DNA of 64,000 nucleotides from Entomortierella parvispora E1425. Lineage: Eukaryota; Fungi; Mortierellomycota. Below the pieces are notes generated by a model that saw only the letters and a list, made by a program, of their open reading frames with translations, made no database searches and was not told where the DNA came from. How positions within the stretch are numbered: position 1 is the stretch's first letter; the number at the start of each line of letters is the position of its first letter. Positions 1-13,973 of the stretch are shown here, in pieces. The DNA is taken from positions 930,001-994,000 of the forward strand of contig BQFW01000009.1 of the NCBI GenBank assembly GCA_020891255.1. Reading direction: 5' to 3'. The translations under genes were made by a program, and so were the position numbers.

Positions 1-2
1 TC

Positions 3-146
3 GAACAAGCAAAAGAGCGGCACTTTGAACGGATCCTGGTCGAGACCCAGACGGCCTGGACAAGCGCTGTGGGGATTTATCGCTCCATGGGATTCCAGGT
101 CATCGAGGCAGGCGAAGAAAATGTTCACTGCGAGTTGGACATATAG
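3..146 (+). CDS. 3' end of a GNAT-family N-acetyltransferase (partial; starts before window)
   Basis: Manual translation from nt 3: EQAKERHFERILVETQTAWTSAVGIYRSMGFQVIEAGEENVHCELDI* (TAG 144-146). It resembles the GNAT C-terminal motif (A..Y...GF). Not in the ORF track. Confidence 0.6.
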   Translation, partial: EQAKERHFERILVETQTAWTSAVGIYRSMGFQVIEAGEENVHCELDI

Positions 147-472
147 TCGACGGGAGATGATTGGCTAATGGACACTCTCTATTCCGTTGTCCATGTCCTT
201 GTCCTTGTCCTTGTGCTTGTTGGTTGCCTTGTCCCGTTTGCTCACTTGTGCTTCACCATCCGCTTTGTGTGCCCACAGCGCAGGTTTTCCCGCAATGCAT
301 GATGGATTACATACTTGTACCTCAAAGGGTCGCACCACATCTACCAAAAAAAGGGTCTTGCAGCATTTTTTTTTTTTTTTTTTTTTGCTTGTGTATTGAA
401 ATAAAAAGTGATGAACAAAAAAAAAAGAGAGAAAAGCACTTGCAAAGAAACAGCATCAAGAAAGGGAGAGGA

Positions 473-1255
473 TTACAACTTGGCCTGGTGGTTCTTGACA
501 ATGTCTTGCAAATCGCCGTTGGTGTACCAAGCGACCGTCGTCTTTGACTTTGGGTTGACAATGACATGCTTGGGCTTGACACCCTCGACCTCTGGGGTGG
601 GATTCGTGCCAATCAAGCGCATGGCCTGGGCCACGACCGCGACACTGATGGTCGTTGACCTTTCCGAGATGAACTCCATGACGGGCACCATCTTGTTCGC
701 GATCCACTCACCCCCTCCGCCGCGTCCACTGCGGGGCTCCACGACCTTCAAGAACGCAGGGTGCAGAATCGTGACCCGCTCGAATCCAATCTCGCTCAGG
801 GCCTCCTCCGTCTCGCCCTTGGACTTTGGGTACAAAAAGTACGACTTTGAGTTGGCACCGGCCGAGGAGCAATACAGGAAATGGACCTTGGACAGACCCG
901 TCTCGGGATCCTTGGGCGCGTGCTCATGAATGAACCGTGCCGAGCTGACAACGTATTCCTGATCAATCTTCTTGAACGCGGCCGCGGACCCGGCCGCGGC
1001 ACGGGTGGTGGCGAGGGAGCAAAAGACCACCTGGGGAAGATCTGAGGCGGGGAAGGTCGAGTTGATATTGTCGAAATCGACCGTCTTTTGTTCCAGCACG
1101 GAGGTGTTGGTGAACGAGTCGTCCAAGGGCACGGGACGACGACCGAGGGCGAGGACGCGGTTGAAGGCGTTGGAGGCGAGGGTGTCACGAACGACGCACT
1201 TTCCGACGGCACCAGTGCCACCCAGAATCAAACACGAAGCTGTTGGAATAGACAT
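473..1255 (-). CDS. HTATIP2/TIP30/Fmp52-like NAD(P)-binding oxidoreductase (260 aa, no intron)
   Basis: ATG at 1255: MSIPTASCLILGGTGAVGK (Rossmann GxxGxxG); FCSLATTRAAAGS..F.KID..YV; SSAGAN..S.FLYPKSKGETEE are TIP30-family motifs. Confidence 0.85.
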   Translation of the reverse strand: MSIPTASCLILGGTGAVGKCVVRDTLASNAFNRVLALGRRPVPLDDSFTNTSVLEQKTVDFDNINSTFPASDLPQVVFCSLATTRAAAGSAAAFKKIDQEYVVSSARFIHEHAPKDPETGLSKVHFLYCSSAGANSKSYFLYPKSKGETEEALSEIGFERVTILHPAFLKVVEPRSGRGGGGEWIANKMVPVMEFISERSTTISVAVVAQAMRLIGTNPTPEVEGVKPKHVIVNPKSKTTVAWYTNGDLQDIVKNHQAKL

Positions 1256-1811
1256 ATTACGAGGGTGGGAAATATAAAGAGGCTGGATGGGTGAAGAACG
1301 AAAGAGAAAAAGGGGAATGCAGGAATGGAGGAGACAATGACGGAGATTTGGGAATGAGCAAGAAAAAATCACCCTTTTTGTATCCCAGAATGAGAGTCAA
1401 GAAAGAGCAGGTGGAAAAAAAAAAAAAAAAAAAAAAAAAAGCGATCGGTGCGATCGCCACCAACCAGATTGCAAAGACACACGCAATGATTCGTGTGAGG
1501 GGGGACAGTGCGCGTTCTTTTCAGTCTCCTGTCTTTTTTTGTTTCTAGGCAACTTTTCTCCTTGCCTCTTTCTTGCCTGACTCCATCTTGTTTTTCCTTT
1601 TTGGTCAATGCACCTTCCTTCTCTTTCTCACCTCGGATTTCAACACACAGTTTCAACAGAAAGAAAGAAAATCGTGAATTTATTTTTGAATGAAGATATT
1701 TGACAGATGGAGGGAAAAGTGGCGCCAAAAAAGAAAAGAAGAATTCTTCCTTCTCTTTGTCACCTCAATGGAATGAATTGGAAGCGGAGGGGGGGAAACC
1801 GATCCACTTCT

Positions 1812-3699
1812 TTAGTAGACATAGGGGATGAGCTTGTAGGGGACAACCTTCATGTACTCCTCCCAGAACTTGCCGTACTTGCCCTTGCAGCGAGTGTGGT
1901 CACGCTGGATACGGTGCAACAGCAAGATGGTCATGTAGATGATGTAGAAGTAAGGCAACAAGTGCTGGGTACCGCAGGTCATGCACATGGCCAAGGAGAT
2001 CAACAAGTCACCCACATAGTTGAAGTGACGGGAGAGACCCCAGTATCCAGAGCACAACAACAAGGACTTGTGGGTCTTGCCATCCGAGGTGACGAAAGAG
2101 GTGCGGATCACCTTGGCGGGCTTGCCCCAGATCATGCACTCGCCGTTGGTGGAGCGAACAATATCCTTCTGGTGGTTGACGGAACGGAAAATGAAGTATC
2201 CAGTGAAGCCAACGGTGAAGGTAATAGCAAACTGGACGGGGGTCAAGTCAACGGTGTTGCGGACCAAGTAGTGGGACTGGAGAGTGTACTGTTAATAGAA
2301 ATAGAGTAATAAAAAAAAGTCGTTAGTCTCCAACGTCATGACGATCATCATCTCTGGAAAAGGGTAAACCCCTTAGCGCCGCCATCCACAAAAAAAAAAG
2401 ATCAATTGAAACACTATCAAGGACTTACCAACCAGGGCAACCAGACGGAATCACCCCAGGCCAAGTAGAAACCAAAGTGGTCGTGGGCGATATCAATGGT
2501 GCGCAAGTACCAGTCCTCGTTGTAGAAAAAGTCCAAGACGTAGGTGGCGTGCAACAAGTTCAACAAGATCATCGAGTTGGTGACATAGCCGATCTTCTGG
2601 TACTGAGCAGCGGCGAACGACAAGTCAATCATGGTCCAGGCAACGATTCCAGGGCGACCGTTGTGGAAGAGCTTGAAGTCAAAGAGCTTGCCGAAACGGG
2701 GGTTGAACTCGATACCCATGAGGAGATCGTAGATGAAAGAACCAGAGAACTTGCGATCGGCAGGGTGGGAGGGGAAGGTGTAGGCCTTGATGAAGCAGAA
2801 GAAGGTCAAGAAGTAGCCGTACAAGTTGGCGGCAATCAAAAGACCACCCCAGTTGTCGTGGATGATCGACAACTTCCACCAGCCAAAGTAAAGACCACCG
2901 GCAAAGTAGAGAGCGTGGGAGATGACCCAGGCGAGCAAGCCGTTGACCTATTTTTTTTTTTTTTTTGTTGTTCGTACAAAGAGTTCTTGTTAAGAAGAAG
3001 CTCTTGGTGGCGTTCAGCCAGCAATTGAGCGTAAAGGAAATAGAGTCAGGGTGTACAAGAACCATACCTTGTAGGGGAGCAAGTGGCCGGCAGGGGTACG
3101 CTGACCGTAACCAATCTGGGCGGGGAGGAAAGCGTAGAGGACGGCCTGGAAGGTCAACCAGGTGAAGAAGAGGCGCATGGCATATGGCGAGTACTGGGGC
3201 AACTCGCGGATAAGGAGGGTCTTGAGGGCCTCGAGCGAGTTGGTGGCGGTGTAGATCTCAAGGGCAGGTGCGGACATGGCACAGCTGTAGCCATTGCACG
3301 AGATGTAAGTGTAAAGAACCCAGATGGGCGACATGACCAAGATGCCGAGCGAGATCAAGATGGTGCCGAAAGAGACATCTATGAAAAGAAAAAGGATGAT
3401 GAGGTCAGTTTGGGCTTGTTCATCACTTTTTTTTTTTGAGGGACTCGTTGCCAGGACCGTTCCTCCTGCAGGCAGCGCCTTGTTTGTCCATGATGCTTCT
3501 GTTGCTTGTTCATCGTTCTTTGTTTCCTGCGTTTTTTGTCGAGCACTTGACCAGTTCCTGAAGACGCAGGCTGGACCTATTGTTGTTTTGTTTCGCAATT
3601 CTCACCTCGATCACGACCCCAGGTCTTTCCGACCTGGGCATCGACCTTCTTGTCGACCTTTGCGTCTGCCTGAGCAGGTTTCCTCGACTGCACAGCCAT
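1812..3699 (-). CDS. DHCR7: 7-dehydrocholesterol (sterol Delta7) reductase, multi-exon
   Basis: ERG4/ERG24-family motifs across ORFs 3014-3598, 2417-2938 and 1812-2267: [81 protein letters not shown]...VPY. YLRTIDI.HDHFG is typical of the DHCR7 subfamily. Confidence 0.85.
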
Positions 3700-4680
3700 T
3701 GTGAATATGGAGGGGAGAGGAGAGGAGAGGAGGGAGGGAGGGGAGGAAGAGTGAGGGAGAGTGGAGCGAGAGAAAGAAGAAAGGGAAAAGAAGAAAAGAA
3801 GAAACACAGCGGTATTAGCAAAAACTGGGCTCCGGGGACCCCTTCCCTCAGCTCACTTTTTTTTCCTGTTCTTCCTCGCGACGGGCTTCTGTGCCCTGTA
3901 GAGATAAGACAACTCTATTGGGGATACGCTTGTGCTCCCCCGTTGCCCTACTTAACTTTTCTGTTTTCAATTCTATTTTTTTTTTTTTGTTGGCTGGGCT
4001 TCTTTCCCACCCTCTCTCTCGCCCTGCAGTGCCTGCTGCCTCTGACCTAACAAAAATATCATCTCAATTGAACAGGCGCTTTCTGCTCTTCCCCGTCCTC
4101 TCTCCTCTCACGCACAATTGCAATTGCACCCACTCGTCTGGGCGCACCGCACACGACCGCCTGCAAAGACGAGTGAGGGGAATAAACAACCACAGCAACA
4201 ATAACAAAACGCGTGGACGATCGAGTGTGTCCTTCCGTCCGATCGCCTCAGCGATAGTTATTCCAAGAAAAGCCCTTCTCTTCTATCCTTTGGACTTTCG
4301 GTCTATCCTTAGCCTTTTGATACGACTGGGGTCTCTCTCCACTCTCTCCACCGTCTTTCATAACGACAAGCGCACAAACCTGATAGTCAAAAGAAAAAAA
4401 GAAAAAAAAAAAGCCCACAACCCCGGATCCCCGCACGATCTTTGGAAGGATCTTGGTTCTGATTGGCTGCCTCGACTATCGTCCCATTCTTTCGCAGCAT
4501 TTGCGATAATTTGGAAATTGGGGAGAATCTGCAACGCGTCAGAACGAACGTTTTGTTTGCAGGCTGCCAGAGGACAAAGACCATAGGACAACACTTTTTT
4601 TTTTGACGACTATTCTTTATTTTTTGCCGACTATATGTTCCATGCATCGTACTTAATGATCCCTCTATATCCGATGCTTC

Positions 4681-7600
4681 TCACTTGGCGGCAATCTCGG
4701 CAATGACCACCAGATGCCTCTTGTGACCCTCCAGATCGTCCTTCATGGTCGCGACCTCGGCCCCGTTCTTGGACTGGACGTCCTGCAGGTCGTTCTGCAA
4801 ACCCACAATCTCACCCAAGACAAAGGACTTCAGTGACTCGGCATTGGTCTTGATATACTTGTCACAGAACTCGACAAGAGGTCTGTAGCTTCTCAGCTCC
4901 ACGTGCTCTCGAACTTCGAAAACGTTGCCATGAATGATCATGTCGCCGGAAACTAATTCGTCTGCAATCAAGTCTTTGAGGCGCAGGATTCGATATTCGT
5001 CTGCAAGGGCCAGCAACGAAAGCAGGTACTGCACACGTTCAGCGAGAAAGTCCTCCTGTGCAAGGGATGTGGCCGTCGCACCGACTCCGGATCCAAGAAC
5101 AGGCGCCGGGGGACCATTCCAAGGAGTCAGTCTATGCTTGTAAAGATAGTAGACAACTCCCCAAAAGGCAGAATAAAACTCATGGTCGCCACTTTCCAAT
5201 TGGCTCACGTCAATCACCTCAACTGATGGGTGTTCCGGGTCACGACCACCATTCTCGCCCCATGGACCTAGGAACCGGGTTCTGAAATGATCGCTCCAGT
5301 GAGCGAGAACGATTTTGTGGGCATAGATACATTGACCCATGTCGAACCGGAAACAAACATCCATGAACCCATTCACATAGTCTTGAGACTCAAAGTAATT
5401 GGAGAGAAGATTCATGAAATCGCCTTGGCTTGGAACAGGCGCCACTGCAATCTTGAAGTCCACTCGGGCCATCTTTCGAACACCTGCCGCTATCAGGAAG
5501 GAACGGTACGGAGTCAATTTGGGATGAACGAGCTGATGGGTCGCGGTCGAGTTTTCGACATCCAAGATGAGCTGCATGGGGAAGAACCAGGCACTGCGAT
5601 CCGTCATGTCCTTGTCAAAGGAGTTGTACAGGTATGGTGCGGGCACAGTCTTCAGGAGATCAGTGAGCTCGCTCATTTGGGATGGAGACTTTTCTGCAAA
5701 CTTGTTGAGCGCTTGATAGGTGCTGTGCAACATCATCTGAAGTTTCAGCTGCTCACTTTCCAAGGACCATTTGGGTGCAATGTCCCGGACCAAAGAGTGC
5801 AGATGATCGACAATGGACCGGACTCGAGGCTCGCCTACAGTCCGCCAAATTTTTCGAGCAGTTGGCGGAGGCTGTAAATCTTCAGGGAAGAATCCACACT
5901 GTGTCCAGACAACATCCCTGTATTCGTCCAGGACTAGGTCAGAGAAGGACATGTAGGCCGGAAGAATAGGCGCCAGGGGCCCGTGAAGCTCAAATGTCAA
6001 GGGTGAAACTGGGACAAACGTCCATTTTGCCAACATCCAGTTAGCAGAAGATGGCTTGTTGTATATCCTGCCCACAAGTGCCTTGGCCATCCCTTTCGTT
6101 TGTGTCGCATGGGGCCGGGCTTGAATCTCCTCCAGCACAGCGTCAGCACACTCAATCAAAACCCTGTCGTCACTCGACTGCCGAACTTTTGTCAGCGAGT
6201 TTTTCCCAGCCTGGAGGATTGTCCATACATTCGCGTGAGGGAATCGACCGGGTGATTTGCCTCCATGGATAAGGGTCAGCAATCCGTCCGTTGGATCGTA
6301 CAGTTCATCACTAGAATGGATCGAGTTATCGCGAGCAAGGATGAGCTTTCCTGACTGTAAGAGAGTTCTTGCATCTCCTCTTTGAAGAGAGTTATCGCTG
6401 GCGATTTTGACCAACTTTTCCAAGAGGCTTGTGTAAGCCGACATGTTGGCCGCAGTGAAGGTGGGCTTGAACGCTTGTGATTGCAGTCGAGGGATGATAC
6501 GGTCACGGGTGAACTGTGTTAAGGTAATGGTGCGCACGCCCATGGTCTTGAAGGTCATCAAGCTGCGTTTGTCCGGGCGAAAGTTGATCACGTCGTGGCT
6601 GTCCCCCAAATTACGAATATCGTAATCTCCATCAATCAGCAGGTTACCTTGCGCACAAATAAGCGCACCGCTCGTCCCGAACGATGGCCAGATTCGAAGA
6701 TGGCCAAGCTCCACCAAAGTCGATTTACCAATTTCCCCGGCGCTTTGAATGATAGCGTCTCTCATGGTCGTCGCCTCGGCTGTGCTCAGCTCCATTCCGC
6801 TGAGTGAACCGCCCTTCTTAATGAACGCGGAGATCACGTTCGCATTGGTTCCTGGCTGGTTTTTTTCCAGCATCTTGTTCTTGTCATTATCTTCCCATTT
6901 GAACACGATGACCCCGGCGCGCTGTAGGGTTGGTCCAAGCTTGATGATCATGGACGATGCGTCGATGCGTTGACCTGGATCTATTTTCAACGCCCCTTGG
7001 TAGTCCTTCAAAGGGACGAGCGTGCCCCAAATCGTCTTGAGGATAGGTAAGTCGCCAAATCCAACCCAGTCACTAGGACCACATCCCCTGATATACTCCC
7101 AAAGCCGTGGCAACTTTTCAGCTGGAATGCCTCCACTATTCTCGGTGCAAATATACTCGGTGAATTTTGCAGGTGTCAGAGTCTTCACCCCATATCGAGT
7201 GTCTTTTTCAAGGGCCTTGAGTATCTTGAGCCTGGTTGACGAAGACCTGAATATGCTTTCTTTGACTAGATCCTTGTGATTCTTAATCAAGATCCGAGCA
7301 GCAGGATTGGCAGTGTAATGTTCACTGGTGGGAGATAGCTTTGCCCAAGTGCCATCTTGGAGAGGGAGAAGAGGCAGATTGTGAAGGTGGTCGATGCCCT
7401 CTTGTCCTGGCTCCACCAAAACTCCCAATAGCAGCTCGAGCATCCAGTCGCGTCCATCTTCGCTTACGATCTTTACCATGAAGTCGTCATGTCCTGGGAG
7501 AACCTTGCGAATAAGACCCGCGTCCACCTGAGTGACCGGAAGAGACAGTTTTCCCCAATGGAACATGGCGGACTTGATCACAGATGACGCACACTCACAG

Positions 7601-10600
7601 TACGCCACCTCGGTGTCGCGCAACAATTGCTCCAGCTTCCGCATGGCACCTGCAGGGGGCGATTTGAGATGAGTCATGGGGAAACGCGTTTTCTCTCCAG
7701 AGATTCCAAGGACGGCAGGCCCATTCTCCGATTTCTGGTGGAGAATCGGGAAAACTGAACTTTTGTGTGCAAGTTCCCAAAATCGGATCACCATTGAAGC
7801 AGTGTCGCCATTGGATCTGAGAGGCCAGAGATCGAAATACGAATTCAAGTGATAATGGAATGACTTGTCAACCGGGCCCTTGGTTTGGGCAGAGTCCAGG
7901 CGGTCAAATTTGTACCGTAGAAGGCACACCATGGCCCTGATCAGCAGTGGCGGGAGGAGCTCTCTAAGCATGTAGCCGTTCCAAAGGGCACCATCATGGT
8001 TGTCGGTTGAGCTGGTGACCAAGCCCTTTCTGCTGGAGAGTAGCGCGAAAACACCATGGATATGGAACGGATGGTCGGTTGTGATAGACGTTGGAAGGTA
8101 CGAAAACACTCGTCCTTTAAATGCAGAACCAGCCTCTTCCTTAGGGAGTTCAAGAGGTATAGCTATACCGCGATGAGGGATCCACCGATTCCTCGCAGCT
8201 GTGTCACGAATTGGAGAGGCATCTTCTGGGAACACGTGGTAGATGCCGACCAGCCACACTGAAGTAGTCAAGAGACGGTCCCATGGCCCAAAAGAACGGA
8301 TGCGCACTTTCCGGAAATTTTTGACAACGTCTCTGCCCTCTTTGAAAGGATCCGAATCCTTTTCAACCTGCAGCTTATCATTGTCGCTGGCGTGAACCTC
8401 GACCTTCATAATTTGATCCAGGAACAGCAAACTGATCTTGGCATCCTCTGCCCACTGATCGAGCATCTTCTTGACGGCTGCTACCTCCCATAGTTCGTTA
8501 AACGCGCTTGAAGCCTGAGTGGTTTGCCCTGGCCGAGCCTTGCGAAGTGGCAGTCGAAAGAGAGTGCCGGGGAAGTGGCTCTTCATATCGCAGCCGAATC
8601 GACCTTGGTATGGTGCCACCTGTCCAGGAAACTTTTGTGCCAGTTGTGTATTGATAAAGTCGATGCGGATGGCCCCGTCAGAAACCATTTTACCCCCGCG
8701 CAATTGCTGTGGAAGATATTCGCGTTTTGGGTCGAGGATGATAATATAACGACCGCTGACGACGCTCGGGAGGTCGGTTACATGATAGGCAGAGTTGAAT
8801 CCGAGTCCATGGCGACCAATCTTCTTGGGGTCATCACCTGCCACAATAAAAATAAAAATAAACGTCAATATGGCTTGCATCGGTATTTAGAGTATCCTAT
8901 CGTGACATGGGGTCCCGCTTACCCTTGCTGCCCATAGCCATTTTGCGTAGCCCATTAAAGTCTTTATCAGAGAACTCTGCGTCGTTCCAGATCAGAAGTG
9001 CTGGTCCTTGTCCTGCAGACATCTTCTCGCTAAGGATACGCCCACCGACATACGACTGATGGTCGAGCATCACCGAAAACTTGGTAGCCCCGGCATCGGC
9101 GGCATTTTGCAAAAACTCTGTAAAGATGTTGTCTGGCCCATAATCGTTGAGGATGCCTTTGATCATACTCACAACGTCGACTTGTTGATCCCAGTTCTGG
9201 AAAAACTCGTCATCGCAGCCGTTCCAAATCTTTTGGGAGAGCATGGGAATGAGCAGCATCGAGGCTGTGCTCTTAGAGATTCGATTGTTGCAAAAGACTT
9301 CCTCCGAGGTGAGTTCTTGAATTTCGTTCGATTCTGCCATGTCATTGTACACGACTTCAGAGAGCTTGCGCAATTGCGACCTTTCTGTTAGGACGAGGAG
9401 ATCGGGGGAGAAAGATTCCGCTTTCTTTCCTTTGGCGATTGTCTCAAGGATTCGAAGGGCAAGATCTGCGTCCGGCTTACTCAATATATCATCGCTTTTG
9501 TAGGAAGAGTTGACTTTGGCCAGAATGGCCTCCATGTCCGTGATTGTCGCCTCGTTCCGAACTCCAAGCGATCGAAAGAGTTCCACAAAATCAGAGTCAG
9601 GCACTTGGATGAGGTAGGGGGCAAGGTTACAGTCCTCTCGGCTCTTGATCACAACACGGTTGATTCTATAAAGCCTCCTATTCACGAGAATGCACTGACG
9701 GGAGGCTAGTGTACTCTTCATGATCGAGATGGACCGCGGATCCTTGATATGGACGTTAAGATTTCGATAAATGGCATGGATCGATTCCTCAAAATTGTCA
9801 GGAATGTTGCCAGAAGATCTTTGAATGGAGAGGTCAACGAGATGTGCAAGGACTGCCTCCAGCGGTGGAGCTCCTGACCAGCCCAAAAGTGATTTGAGGT
9901 CCCCATTGGTGCAAACAAACGATGACGCAGGGAGCTGCGAGCCGATGATGAGACTTTCAGCCTGCGGACGGCACTGACTTGGCTTGTAAAGTCGGATATG
10001 ACCATCATCCCGAGACCGGGCCGGCACCCAGGTAAGATTCTTTGCGCACTCGACAAACGCGCCGTTTTCCAAATGTTGGGGTCTGATTTCAGCATTCAAT
10101 CGAGCAAAAAATTCAGAGATCAACCTCATCGTCATGGAGTTGTTATTCAGCGTATCTTCCGAGAGGCTGGAGAACTTCTGCAAGCGGTTCACTATGAATT
10201 CGAGGCTGAATTGTGTCGTCATCCCGAGACAGGCTAGCACTGCCAAGTTATCGGGCGTGTTATACATTCCAGCTGGGAAAATATCCTCATCTTGTAGGAC
10301 AAACTGGGAAAGGTCACGGGTCACCGCCATCGCTGGAGGCAATTTAATAGTTCTCTCATCGGTGGCTGACAAGGATTGAGCATCCACGAAAGGCGCCTTT
10401 TTGAGCAAAGGCCTGAAGTCATAGAGCTGTCCATGTCGGGAAAAATTAGGCAAGAATGTCGCCATGATCTCATTCCACTGGTCACCAAAGTCGTTGCCTT
10501 GAGAGAAAAGGTTATGCCAGTACTCGGGCTGCTGGATAGGATCCACCTTGAAAATGTTGCGTAGATGGGACGACATAGGTTGGTCCCCTCTTAGGAGGGC

Positions 10601-13597
10601 AATCGAAGTTAACTCCCAGGGATGATCGTGGGATGAGAAACCTAGGCAGATCTTCGAACCTTCTCTCCCGCTGAGATTGCTGAGTGGCACAAACTCTGTC
10701 GAGATATACCCTTGATAGATAGGAAGTTTCCCAAGGATCCAGCGCTGAGAGTTGCCGAGGGTACTGCGAGATGAAAGGGTGCCCGATATGTAATCACAGA
10801 GAGTCTTTCGCTGGGATTGGTCCAGTTTAACTTGGATGTCGTCCGACTTGGCCTCAAGGAGCAAAAGAATAGTGCCTACGTCAGTGACACTCACAAAGCA
10901 TTCGTTCCACCAAGAAAACTCGTCTTGAAGACCATTGCGGACCACAGAGCATTCCAAAGTGATGCCAAGAAGACTAAGAACTCGATCGCTATCTAGATGA
11001 CTTGACAGAAACCCAGATCGATGGATAATCTTTTGTTCCTGCTTGAGTGGCGCAAGTAGACCGCCCTCAGTTGGAACAAGATGGCAGCCAAGGAGGGGTT
11101 TCAGGGTCGCATCACTCAAGTTTGATTTGTGGAGCAAGCCCCAAACTTCCATGATCCATTCGTCGGACAAAAAGACTCCTTCCGTGGGCTGAGAGATGGC
11201 CAATGGCGAACGACATTGATTATAGTACAGCTTTGTGTCGAGTGACTCGCGGATTTTGGACACGATGGTGGAGTGCTGCAGGTTCGACATGAAGATGCCA
11301 GCGCCCTGGAAAAACACCTTGGCTCCAGAAAGATTCTTGAGGTTGGTATTGACAATACCATCGTTTGCAAACTGAAGAACTCGACAGGTTGCCTCGTCTG
11401 TAAAATATCTACAGCAAAGGAGACATTTCGTTAACATACTACTAGCCTTCAAATCCGACATGATAAAAAAGGCGTGAGGCTTACCTCGAGCTGGCAAAGG
11501 ACATTCTGAATTCAACCCAAGATCCATCCGCCATGGGCAGCAGAGGAAGCCCCTCGAGGTCGTTGATCTTTCCATCGTGAATGCAATATTCTAGAATTTG
11601 TGTTTTGGCTTCGTTGGATGTCGAATATCGCCAATGCTCCTTTGCTTCGCGAAGAAGTCTGCGTACTTTTTGCGGAGTGAGGATGTTGTCCTGGACGCCA
11701 TTGTCTTCGACGACGCTTCGAAGGACGTAGGCAATTTCTTCAGGCACACCGCATACCAAGTTGGTCATTGTTCTCAAGAGATCCAAAAGCAGAGGAAACT
11801 TGTTCATCGCAGGATCCGCAATGGTCGCATGCTGGTAAGACACAGCATGTTGACGACCGTTAGATGAATCGGCAAAGAAGACCCTGAGCTGGTTGTTGAG
11901 CACAACTTCCTTGATGCACCTTGTCAGGAGGTCCTTCCAAAGAAAATCCATTCCAAAACCATTGGAGACGAAGCGCGGCCAGAGTTCGTAATTGGCACCG
12001 TGGTCTGTACCAATCGAGTCTAGTAATTTCATATAGGCGACAGGGAGAATGCGCTCGCAGAGGAACTGGTTCCAGCTTGACTTGATACCCTGGGAAGACT
12101 GACTGGCGATGTCGTCTGAGTGGTTGGTCCAGATCTCACGTCGACTCTGCTTGACTGCAAAGTGACCGTTGATGTGGACAGGGTGAGGCGTGTGGATTGC
12201 CAGTGGCAGGAAGCAGAAAAGGTTGGATAGTCCAACATTAGCGGAAGAGTCCACAGGAGCAGCAAGACCGACCCAGGGGATCATACGCTGGCCAGCAATA
12301 TCGGCCTTGTAATCGCTCTTCATGATCTGTCGAGCTTCTGGTAGGTTGCCGATATACCCAACCACCGCCCACTCTTCCTCCTTAACCGATCCGTCTTCCT
12401 CTGTAAGTCTGAATACGGGGCGAATGGAGTACTGAAGGGTGTTGGTGCGATCATCGTGGTCGGATGCGTGGACATGGCTCCTCAGCTGGGCCATGAAAGC
12501 CTCTCGTTGAGCTCGAACTTCATCAACATTCACAATTTCAATCTCAAAGAGTTTGTGGACAGTCGGGTCAGACTCTCGGCGTTCATAGATGACCATTCGC
12601 TCGATGTACTTGAGAAAGAGAAGGCACTTGATCGCCTCGTTCTTTAGATTCATGAGCATCTCACGGACCTACACAAATCCACATCGCCGTCAGAGGGTCG
12701 ATGGAGAACAGAGGTGCATGCATCTATGCATCTGCAATACATTGCACGAAATAACAAAGCCATGAGGCCCGCCCTGCCTACCTTTTCTGGAGGATACGCG
12801 CTCTTGGACAACTCTGACACTTGGGCCTGCTCGCGAGTTCGCAGCGGAAAGCGGAAGATTGTACCGTTGTAAGGCTTCGAAAAATCGATTTTCTCCTTGA
12901 TAGCAAAGAGCTCGAGCTGACCGGGAAAGTCCTTGAGGCCCTGACCGTTGTCAGTGAAGCTACCCTGAACACCGCCGTGAAAAGGAATTCCGTCAAAGAT
13001 CCTCATGTGGGGCTCGACGATGACCAACTGGTCCCCCGAGATGAAGGATGGGGTGTCTGTCATGTGGTAAACGCTATGCAGTGAGTGGGAGGGAAAGATC
13101 ACATAATGCCGTTTAGATGAAGGCACTCATCAATCGGTGCGCGTGAACTAGCATAGGTGAGGAGTCCAGAGCGGCTATGCGCTCAACAGAGACTGAAGGG
13201 GATATTGCTGTGAGGAGAAAAGAACCGAGCGGATGTACCTGTTGAAACCGATGCCCATTTGTCCAATCTTGCGTTCGTCGTCCTTCTTGCCACTCGCGGC
13301 AAGGTTCCTCAAGGACTTGAAGTCGCCTTGTTCAAAGAGCGAGTCGTTTCCAGCTAGGAGAGCGGGACCCTGGTACGCCTGCATGGCGGGGTTGAAGAGT
13401 CGCTTAGGATGGGCAGGATGGTGCTGATGATCGAGAAGGTACCACTGAACTCGTGAGCATGCATCCTCACTGTTCTGGAGGAGCTCACGCGCAATTTGGG
13501 TGCCATCTGGGTATTCCTGGAGAATGCCAGCGACGCGGCGCGTCAAGGGTTCAAAGACCTCGAACGAGGTAAAGTTTCCTGTCGGGTGGACAGTCAT
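4681..13597 (-). CDS. Sacsin-like protein with two HATPase/SRR repeats and a C-terminal BTB/POZ domain (~2,825 aa, 5 exons)
   Basis: Exons 13597-13239, 13073-12782, 12668-11485, 11408-8923 and 8837-4681 join in frame via GT-AG introns (8,478 nt). Repeat 1: ILQEYPDGTQIARELLQNSEDA..KIGQMGIGFNSVYHMTD. Repeat 2: ILNDYGPDNIFTEFLQNAADAGA..KIGRHGLGFNSAYHVTD. C-terminus: MDVCFRFDMGQCIYAHKIVLAHWSDHF (BTB). Confidence 0.85.
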
Positions 13598-13746
13598 AGC
13601 AAGAGGTGAGGTGTAAGCGAAAGAGATGAGATGGTTGGAATGAGAGTGTAGCAAGGGAAGGCAAAGCAAGGCAAGAGGCAAGAAGAGCAAGTGAAGGGAA
13701 GGAAGGAGCAAAGAGAGCGAGGAAGCAGGATGGTGGCGATGTGTGG

Positions 13747-13750
<4 letters not shown>

Positions 13751-13831
<81 letters not shown>

Positions 13832-13941
13832 GCAAAGGCAAAGCAGCGAAAGAGAAAAGAGAGAAAGCGAAACAGGACGAGAGCAAACAAAAGAGGGTGT
13901 GGTGAGTTGAGTTGAGTTGAGTGAGGGTGCGTCGCTCTGGG

Positions 13942-13972
<31 letters not shown>
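13751..13972. repeat. Microsatellite cluster: (GA)39 at 13751-13828, (TGAGT)4 at 13903-13922, (TG)15 at 13943-13972
   Basis: Read directly; lies between the divergent sacsin-like and F-box start codons. Confidence 0.95.
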
Positions 13973-13973
<1 letters not shown>

